A stretch of 39,495 nucleotides of DNA from NCBI GenBank assembly GCA_030040035.1, contig JASHUJ010000071.1:1-39495 (forward strand), written 5' to 3'. The DNA is from Thermoplasmata archaeon. Its GTDB lineage: Archaea > Thermoplasmatota > Thermoplasmata > Lutacidiplasmatales > UBA184. Numbering within the stretch: the stretch's first letter is position 1; every line of letters begins with the position of its first letter. The notes below the pieces were generated by a model. The model worked only from the letters and a program-made list of their open reading frames with translations. It ran no database searches and was not told the DNA's origin. The position numbers and the translations under genes were made by a program. Shown one piece after another: positions 16,261-22,815 of the stretch.

Positions 16261-16380
16261 GAGATCACCGGGGCGCTGAAGGCCGGCGCGTCCGTAAAAG
16301 CGTTGAGCGCCGTCCCGGCGCGGACTCCGTCCTCTCCAGCATCTGCCTTTATCTCGAATTCAAGGGCTGGGCGTCCGCCG

Positions 16381-16680
16381 ATGGCCGCGGAGGATCCTCC
16401 GGTAGAGGAACGGGTCTCGGAGGAGGACCAGATCCGTGCCCTCGTCCCCGCCCGCGCGGTCCTGACGGAACTCGCGCGGGGGTTCCTTCTCGTGCACGAA
16501 TCGAACCCCCAGCAGGCCCTTCGCTTCGCCGAGACGTTCCTCAAGGAGCAGACCGGCGAGCCCCGACCGGACCCGAGCGCCTCGGCGCCCCGGGTCACGC
16601 GGGCGCGGCTCGCGCTCGGCCGCTGGCCCCGCGGGGCGGTCGAGCCCGGATCGAGCGGTCGGCCGCCCGGTTCCGTCTGA
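16381..16680 (+). CDS. Hypothetical small protein (99 aa), weakly supported
   Basis: ATG 16381 with high GC3 (MAAEDPPVEERVSEEDQIRALVPARAVLTELARGFLLVHESNPQQALRFAETFLKEQTG...). TATA-like CTTTATCT lies at 16347-16354, about 30 nt upstream. Its 3' end overlaps the convergent aminotransferase gene by 86 nt. No family recognised. Confidence 0.3.
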   Translation: MAAEDPPVEERVSEEDQIRALVPARAVLTELARGFLLVHESNPQQALRFAETFLKEQTGEPRPDPSASAPRVTRARLALGRWPRGAVEPGSSGRPPGSV

Positions 16681-17644
16681 TCGGACGATCGAGGAGACGC
16701 TCTCGGACGCCCAGGTAGGCCGCGAAGTCCCGCGGGAAACTCCGGCGCGTGAGACAGACCCGAACCCCGGAAGGGTCGCCGAAGAGCGATCCCGGGCACA
16801 CGAGGACCGAGGCCGCGAGGCCGCGACGGGCCACCTCGTCGCCGGGGACGCCGTCCACGCGATCGAAGTACAGCGGAGCAGCGAGTGCCGGCGCGGGCAG
16901 GCGAGCCCGCAGCACGGCGATGTTGCGATCGGTGATCTGGCGGACCTCCGCTCGCAGGCGAGGCAACGCATCGAGACATGCGAGGGCCCCGGCGATCGAG
17001 TACTTCGGCAGGGAGTCGGTGACGAGCCCGACGTAGCGCTCGAACTCCTCGATCTCGGTCTCGGGCACGACCGCGTACCCGACCCGTAGGTCGTCGGCGC
17101 CGAAGAACTTCGTGAACGATCCGGTGATCCACGTCCGCGCCCGGCCGCGGCTGGCGAGCGACGCTCTCCCGGAGAACTCGCGGAACGTCTCGTCGATCAC
17201 GAGGTGTCGCGCCGTCTCGGCCCAGTCCTCGAGTTCGCTCCACGACCACCGTCGGCCCTCCGGATTGCGGGGCTGCGAGACGAGCGCGACGGCCGCCCGT
17301 CCGTCCCCGTCCGTCGGGGGGAGGCCGAGATAGGCCGCGGTGCCGTAGAGCGGCGGGTATTCCGGGAATTTCACCCGACATCGCCGTTCCGAGGTCCGGG
17401 CGCGACGCGCGAGGAAGTGGAGGACCGTCGCATTCGCCGACGTCGCGCCGGCGGCGAGGAAGACGCGACGGGCATCGACCCGAAGCATCCCGGCGAGCCG
17501 GTCTCGAAGATCGATCTCGCGGGCCCGCCCGACTTCGGCGGCCGTCGGCCGCGGGTGGCGGATCGAACCGGCCATTCCGCTCGAACCGAGATGGTACCGA
17601 CAGTCCGCATGGTCATCGATCCAGTCCCCGAGCGGGAAACGCAT
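16595..17644 (-). CDS. Class I/II PLP-dependent aminotransferase-fold protein (HisC/CobD-like)
   Basis: ...AAGATSANATVLHFL...VALVSQPRNPEGRRWSW...LVIDETFREF...TGSFTKFFGADDLRVGYAV shows the NPxG, DExF and SxxK...R.GY motifs. I prefer the start at ATG 17644 (MRFPLGDW...). Track start 17764 would leave only 26 nt to the divergent HNH gene. Confidence 0.7.
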   Translation of the reverse strand: MRFPLGDWIDDHADCRYHLGSSGMAGSIRHPRPTAAEVGRAREIDLRDRLAGMLRVDARRVFLAAGATSANATVLHFLARRARTSERRCRVKFPEYPPLYGTAAYLGLPPTDGDGRAAVALVSQPRNPEGRRWSWSELEDWAETARHLVIDETFREFSGRASLASRGRARTWITGSFTKFFGADDLRVGYAVVPETEIEEFERYVGLVTDSLPKYSIAGALACLDALPRLRAEVRQITDRNIAVLRARLPAPALAAPLYFDRVDGVPGDEVARRGLAASVLVCPGSLFGDPSGVRVCLTRRSFPRDFAAYLGVRERLLDRPIRRNRAADRSIRARPPRGASGRARAAPA

Positions 17645-17790
17645 ACCCCCGGTAGCGCCGGCTGCCTTACGAGCCTGCGCCTGCCTCGCGCGGGCGATAG
17701 CGGTCGACCGGGCGAGCGGGATCGACCGCGAGCTCACCGACTGCGACTGCGGCCGAACGCTCAAGAACCGCCACCACGAGCCCCGCCCGC

Positions 17791-18228
17791 GTGGTCGCTC
17801 GGTCCTCGCCGTCCGTCCAGATCGCCCCGAACGGCCGGATCCTTGCCCTTTCCAGCGCCTGGTTCGCCGACGGCGCCCGGCGTCGCCGGGAGGCCCGACA
17901 GGCGGGCCGATGCGTCGAGTGCGGTCTCGCGCTCGCCTCGCACCGAACGCCGTACTGCTCGCGCCGGTGTCGGTGGAAGTTCCACGGCCACTACTTTTGG
18001 GACTCGGCCCGGTCGTACACGATGCTGCGGGACCGATACACGTGCCGGATATGCGGGCGGCGACGACGCGCGCGAGAGCTCGACGTGGACCACATCGTCG
18101 AGATCGCTCGGGGCGGCGCGGCCCTCGAGTACTCGAACTTGCAGACGGTCTGCCGCGAGTGTCACCGATCGAAGACCGTGGCGTTCCTTCGGAGTCGGTC
18201 GACCGATCCCGGGGACGCCCCCGAATAG
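17791..18228 (+). CDS. HNH endonuclease with an N-terminal zinc ribbon
   Basis: 145 aa: CVECG...YCSRRCRWKF...CRICGRRRRARELDVDHIVEIARGGAALEYSNLQTVCRECHRSKT. This shows the HNH core (DHIV...N...CxxCH) flanked by CxxC pairs. GTG start; the true start is uncertain. Confidence 0.8.
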   Translation: MVARSSPSVQIAPNGRILALSSAWFADGARRRREARQAGRCVECGLALASHRTPYCSRRCRWKFHGHYFWDSARSYTMLRDRYTCRICGRRRRARELDVDHIVEIARGGAALEYSNLQTVCRECHRSKTVAFLRSRSTDPGDAPE

Positions 18229-18282
18229 GTCGAGGGCACTAGGCTCATCTGCCGGGGGTCCTTGCCGGCCCCGATTCGTCCG

Positions 18283-18930
18283 ATGAAGGTCGGCATCCTG
18301 GGGAGCGGCGACGTCGCCCGCACCCTGGGGACGGGGTTCATCGCCTCCGGCCACGAGGTCCAGCTCGGGACGGGACACCCGGATCGCCCCGAGCTCGCGG
18401 AGTGGCTCGTGCACGCCGGCCCCAAGGGATCGATCGGCTCGTTCGCCGACGCCGCGTCGTACGGCGAGGTCGTCGTCGTGGCGACCCGGGGAGTGGCGGC
18501 CGCGGAGGCGATCCGCGCCGCCGGGATCTCCCGGTTCGATGGCAAGGTCGTCCTCGATGTGACCAACCCGCTCGACGTCGTGCCCGGGGGCCCCCCGCGG
18601 CTCGCGCCGAACCCATCGGGCTCGAACGGCGAAGCGATCCAGGCGCTTCTTCCGACCGCGCGAGTCGTCAAGGCGTTCAACATCATCGGGCACCCCCACA
18701 TGTACCACCCGACGTTCCCCGGCGGTCCTCCGGACATGTACATCTGCGGCAACGATGCGGCCGCGAAGGAGACCGTGGGTCGGATCCTGGCTCAGTTCGG
18801 ATGGCCGTCGGTGATCGACGTCGGGGGGATCGAGGGCGCTCGCGAGCTCGAAGCCCTCTGCATCCTGTGGGTGAAATCCGGGCTCGCGCTCGATAACTGG
18901 GACATCGCGTTCAGGCTCCTACGCAAGTAG
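18283..18930 (+). CDS. NADPH-dependent F420 reductase (F420H2:NADP oxidoreductase family)
   Basis: MKVGILGSGDVARTLGTGFIASGHEVQLGT is a Rossmann motif. ...VVLDVTNPL...VVKAFNII... follows the pattern of NADP_oxidoreductase_coenzyme_F420-dependent proteins. The track starts at TTG 18262; ATG 18283 is more likely. Confidence 0.75.
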   Translation: MKVGILGSGDVARTLGTGFIASGHEVQLGTGHPDRPELAEWLVHAGPKGSIGSFADAASYGEVVVVATRGVAAAEAIRAAGISRFDGKVVLDVTNPLDVVPGGPPRLAPNPSGSNGEAIQALLPTARVVKAFNIIGHPHMYHPTFPGGPPDMYICGNDAAAKETVGRILAQFGWPSVIDVGGIEGARELEALCILWVKSGLALDNWDIAFRLLRK

Positions 18931-18956
18931 CCCGAGTCGATCGGGCCCGGCGTCGG

Positions 18957-20150
18957 TCATCCCCGGATCGAGCGCTCGAGGTCGTCCGGGGAGAACCCGA
19001 GACCGGTACCGGTATTGTAGAGCAGGACGCGCTCCCCGTCCCGGATCGCGCCCTGCTGCACGAGGTGCGGGAGGGCCGCGTACGTGGCGGCGCCCTCGGG
19101 CGCGGCCGAGATCCCGTGGCGGCGGGCGAGCGCTCGCATCGCCCCCACGATCTCTTCGTCGGTCACGGTGACCCCGCCGCCCCGGCTGGTCCGCACGGCC
19201 TCGAGCACCCGCTCGGAGGCGAAGGGCGCGGGGACCAGGAGACCGGGCGCGACGGTCGACGGATCCGGCCACGGGGCGACCCGTGCGGCGCCCTCCGCGA
19301 GCGCCCGGACGACCGGAGCGCACCCGGCCGGCTGGACGGAGTAGAGCCGCGGGGTCCGGTCCAGGGCCCCGATCGCGGCCAGCTCGGCGAACGCCTTCGA
19401 CATGCCGACGAGGCCGGTTCCGCCGCCGGTCGGATAGACGATTGCGTCGGGGAAAGATTCGGGGTAGGTCTGCTCGAAGATCTCGAGGCCCATCGTCTTC
19501 TTGCCTTCGACCCGGTAGGGTTCCCGGAGCGTCGAGACGTCGAACGATCCGCGTCCGGCCTCGGCCCGGCGGGCCGCCTCTCCCGCCTCGCGGATCGTCC
19601 CGGGAACTCCGGTGACCTCGGCCCCGTACTGGGCGCACGCCGCGCGCAGGCCCGTCGGCGTGCGCTCCGGCAGGTAGATGCGGGCCGGCAGGCCCGCCCG
19701 CGCGGAGTACGCCGCCAGGGCGACGCCCGCGTTCCCCGCGCTGGGAACGAAGAGGGCGGAGGCGCCGAGCTCCCGGGCCCGGGAGACGGCGACCGCCATC
19801 CCGCGGGCCTTGAACGAGCCCGTGGGAAGTCCGCCGTCGTCCTTCAGGGCCACCTCGAGACCAGGCGCCTCGGGCACCGGCCCCATCGAAACGATCGGCG
19901 AACCTCCTTCACCAAGCGAGACGATCGCCTCGGTGCGGCCCACCGGCAGTAGCTCCCGATATCTCCAGAGGGACCGGTCCCGACCGGACCGTGCGTCCTT
20001 CCACCGTTGCCAGTCGAGTCGAGCGAGATCGTAGACCGCGAACAGCGTGTGCCCGCAGGTGGGGCAGGTTCCGACGAGCCGCGTCGCGTCGATCTGCGAG
20101 CAGCACGCGCGACACTCGAGCTTCGTGAGCAGCGAGCCGGTCTCGCCCAT
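18957..20150 (-). CDS. thrC: Threonine synthase
   Basis: 397 aa. N-terminal zinc ribbon (CRACCSQ...CPTCGH), PLP-lysine motif GSFKARGM, SAGNAG, and the YPTGGGTGLVG phosphate loop. Confidence 0.9.
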   Translation of the reverse strand: MGETGSLLTKLECRACCSQIDATRLVGTCPTCGHTLFAVYDLARLDWQRWKDARSGRDRSLWRYRELLPVGRTEAIVSLGEGGSPIVSMGPVPEAPGLEVALKDDGGLPTGSFKARGMAVAVSRARELGASALFVPSAGNAGVALAAYSARAGLPARIYLPERTPTGLRAACAQYGAEVTGVPGTIREAGEAARRAEAGRGSFDVSTLREPYRVEGKKTMGLEIFEQTYPESFPDAIVYPTGGGTGLVGMSKAFAELAAIGALDRTPRLYSVQPAGCAPVVRALAEGAARVAPWPDPSTVAPGLLVPAPFASERVLEAVRTSRGGGVTVTDEEIVGAMRALARRHGISAAPEGAATYAALPHLVQQGAIRDGERVLLYNTGTGLGFSPDDLERSIRG

Positions 20151-20210
20151 GCCGGACGCGGACGACGGCCGCGGGGGATAACCTCTCGCGCGTCGGCGGC
20201 CGCCGGCCGC

Positions 20211-21353
20211 TCACTCGATGTCGGGAGGTCCGCTCGCGCGCACCTCGACGGGGACGCAGTGGATCGAGTTGTTGCCGAGACCCCGGAAGTTCCACTCGGC
20301 TTCCACCGGCTGGCAGTTGCCGTTCTCGTCCGTCGCGCGCGCACGGATGATGTAGAAGCCGGATTCGGGGATCTCGCACATCAGCTCCCAGTGGGTCCAA
20401 GCGTGCCGGGTGGACCCGGGCCGGAGCCGGGCGGGGCGCCAGATCTCGCCGCCCCCTTGGGCCGGCGAGACGCTGACCTCGACACGGACGATCGGGCTCT
20501 CCCCGGACCAGGCGGCCCCGCGGATCACGTGGGGGCCGGTAGCGAGCACCTGCCCCTGGCGGGGCCAGGTGATGAGCGACTTCACCCGGACCACCGAGGC
20601 GGGCTTGCGCGGCTCCTCGGCCCGCTGCCCCTCCCGGATGTACGTGTAGGCCCGGTCGCGGAAGTACCCCCGGAACGGCTGGTCCCGGGCCTCGACCCGC
20701 ACGAGCCATTTGACGGAGGCCATCCCGTAGTAGCCCGGGACGATGACCCGGACCGGGAATCCGTGGTGCGGGGTCAACCGTTCGCCGTTCATGTGATCGA
20801 CGAGCAGCGTGTCGGGGTGGAGGGCCTTCGCGACGTCGATGCTCATCTCGTAGTGGAGCGCCCCTTCGATCCCGGGCTCCGTGCCCTGGTCGGCCCCCTG
20901 CAGGGCCACCTCGACGGTCGAGGGCTTGAGGCCGGCCCGGTCGAGGACCATCCAGAGGGGGACGCCGCGCCAGCGGCCCGTGCTCACGGCTCCGTGGCCC
21001 CAGAGGACCCCTTCCGGCTTGGGACGAACGGTCGAGCGGCTGTTGCCGGCGCACTCGAGCGTGGACACGAGGTCGCGATGCGGCAGCGCTTGCAGGTCCG
21101 CGTAGGTGAGGACCGTCGGGTGCTCGAGGTTCCCTTCGATCGAGAGACGCCAGTCCTCCTCCGTGAGTCGGGGGACCGCGAAGTGGCTCCGGACGAAGAA
21201 ACGGTTGGTCGGGGTCGTCTCATCCACGAGCGAAGGAAGCGACGCCTCGACGCACTTCGCGTCCGGGGTCGGGGCGCCCACTTCCAGCGGAAGGAACCGA
21301 GGATCCTCGGCGGTGGACTCGCCGGCCACCTTCCGGTTATGCACGCCTGCCAT
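20211..21353 (-). CDS. Sulfite-oxidase-family molybdopterin oxidoreductase
   Basis: 380 aa: TNRFFVRSHFAVPRL...TLECAGNSRS (Mo-ligand Cys)...WGHGAVSTGRWRGVPL...NGERLTPHHGFPVRVIVPGYYGMASVKWL, plus a C-terminal Moco-dimerisation-like Ig domain. Confidence 0.85.
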   Translation of the reverse strand: MAGVHNRKVAGESTAEDPRFLPLEVGAPTPDAKCVEASLPSLVDETTPTNRFFVRSHFAVPRLTEEDWRLSIEGNLEHPTVLTYADLQALPHRDLVSTLECAGNSRSTVRPKPEGVLWGHGAVSTGRWRGVPLWMVLDRAGLKPSTVEVALQGADQGTEPGIEGALHYEMSIDVAKALHPDTLLVDHMNGERLTPHHGFPVRVIVPGYYGMASVKWLVRVEARDQPFRGYFRDRAYTYIREGQRAEEPRKPASVVRVKSLITWPRQGQVLATGPHVIRGAAWSGESPIVRVEVSVSPAQGGGEIWRPARLRPGSTRHAWTHWELMCEIPESGFYIIRARATDENGNCQPVEAEWNFRGLGNNSIHCVPVEVRASGPPDIE

Positions 21354-21488
21354 CCTTCACCCGGGGGACCCGTGCAGCCCGTGCTAGGGGGGTGGGGGCA
21401 GATAGTTCTTCCCGGGGTCATCCGGGGAGCTTTCGGGCCGGGTTTCACCCCGCGGAAGCTCCCATCTCGCCGGAGGGTCGGCGGGCGC

Positions 21489-22685
21489 TCAGAGCAGACG
21501 GGACGGCTCCCCTCGGCCGGCCGAGCGCGCGTACTCGCGCTCGACCACCCGCTTCAGGAACCGAGCGGGGTTCCCCCACAGGGTGAGGGGTCCCACGCGA
21601 CCCGCGGCCCGGCGGACCCCGAGGGCCACGAGGATCCCGTGCTCGCGATAGCGGTACGGCTCGAGGGGGCGGCCCGCGCGACGGGCCACCACGTTGCGGG
21701 CCGCCGTTCGGGCTTCGGACATCGCGGCCTGGGCCGTCGAGGGCACCAGCACGCCGGTCTCGGGGTCCCGGAGCTCGATCACGTCGCCCACCGCGAAGAT
21801 GCCGGGAGGGCCGGGAACCTCGAGGGTCGGCCCGACCGAGATCCGCCCGCCCCGCCCGTGCGGCACCGCGAGCCCCCGCACGAGGCCCGGCGCCTCGAGC
21901 CCGGCGCACCAGATCGCGAGGTCGCAGGCGAGTACGGTCCCGTCGGTCAGATGGACGCGATGGGGCTCGACCCGCTCGACGTTCAGCGCGGGGATGATCG
22001 TCACACCGGCCCGGCGCAACGCCTGGCGCGCAAGATCGATCACCCGCTCAGGAAAGCCGGCAAGGAACGGGAGCGATCCGGTCAGGAGGAACACGTCGGG
22101 GGGACGCACCGGCTGCCCGAGGATCGACGCCCAGTCGGTCGTCGCGATCTCCGCGGCCAGTTCCGTTCCGGTCGAGCCGCCCCCGACGACCACGATGCGC
22201 GGCCGCTGCTCGCCCGGGAGACCGGGGGAAGCGCGCTCGATCTCGCGCACAGCGGCTGCGGTGCGCTGGGCGGCCGAGAGCCGGTAGACCGAGCTCGTGT
22301 TCTCGGCGGCCCCCGGCACCCCGTAGTACGAGGCGACGTTCCCCAGGCAGATCGCGAGGTCGCCGAACGGGAGCGAGGTCCCGTCGACGCGAACGGACCC
22401 TCCCGCAAGGTCGATCGCGTCGACGGTGCCCTCCCGAACGGTGACGGACGATCGATCGAAGACCTTCGCGAGCGGCACGAGCCACCGGGCGAGATCTCCC
22501 CCGGCGCTCGCGATCTCCCCGAGCTGGTAGAGCTCGGTCCGGAGCACGTGGACGGGGTGCCGGTCGACGAGCGTGACGGGGATCGCGCCACGGGAGCGCC
22601 GCCGCACCTCCTCCGCGACGGAGAGGCCCGCATACCCGGCCCCCAGGATGACCAGCGGGGCCCCCGCGCGCGCATCCCGGACCAT
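21489..22685 (-). CDS. FAD-dependent pyridine-nucleotide-disulfide oxidoreductase, type-II NADH dehydrogenase-like
   Basis: 398 aa. Two dinucleotide-binding motifs (LVILGAGYAGLS and IVVVGGGSTGTELAAEIA) and FAVGDV...STAQAAMSEARTAARN. I cannot exclude a sulfide:quinone reductase-type function from sequence alone. Confidence 0.75.
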   Translation of the reverse strand: MVRDARAGAPLVILGAGYAGLSVAEEVRRRSRGAIPVTLVDRHPVHVLRTELYQLGEIASAGGDLARWLVPLAKVFDRSSVTVREGTVDAIDLAGGSVRVDGTSLPFGDLAICLGNVASYYGVPGAAENTSSVYRLSAAQRTAAAVREIERASPGLPGEQRPRIVVVGGGSTGTELAAEIATTDWASILGQPVRPPDVFLLTGSLPFLAGFPERVIDLARQALRRAGVTIIPALNVERVEPHRVHLTDGTVLACDLAIWCAGLEAPGLVRGLAVPHGRGGRISVGPTLEVPGPPGIFAVGDVIELRDPETGVLVPSTAQAAMSEARTAARNVVARRAGRPLEPYRYREHGILVALGVRRAAGRVGPLTLWGNPARFLKRVVEREYARSAGRGEPSRLL

Positions 22686-22815
22686 CGACCCGGAGGCTCG
22701 CGTCCGCCGACTTAGACTTGACGGGCGCGCGGTCGGGTCGTCGTTCCGGGCCAGCGGGGGCCCTCGGTCGGGGCGCGGGGAAGAGGTTGGGCCGTCGCGC
22801 TCGCTCGGGGTCCGA

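Noticed and set aside
21425-21463. Hairpin GGGAGCTT-N23-AAGCTCCC between the NDH-2-like and sulfite-oxidase-family genes
   Set aside because: The 8-bp inverted repeat is real, but there is no adjacent T-tract as expected for an archaeal terminator and no other context. I cannot support a terminator or riboswitch call. It might be checked with Term-seq.
20007-22715. 902-aa plus-strand ORF spanning the sulfite-oxidase-family and NDH-2-like genes in antisense
   Set aside because: It crosses an intergenic spacer and two well-supported minus-strand genes. It is low-complexity and Arg/Gly/Pro-rich, which marks it as a GC-content artefact.
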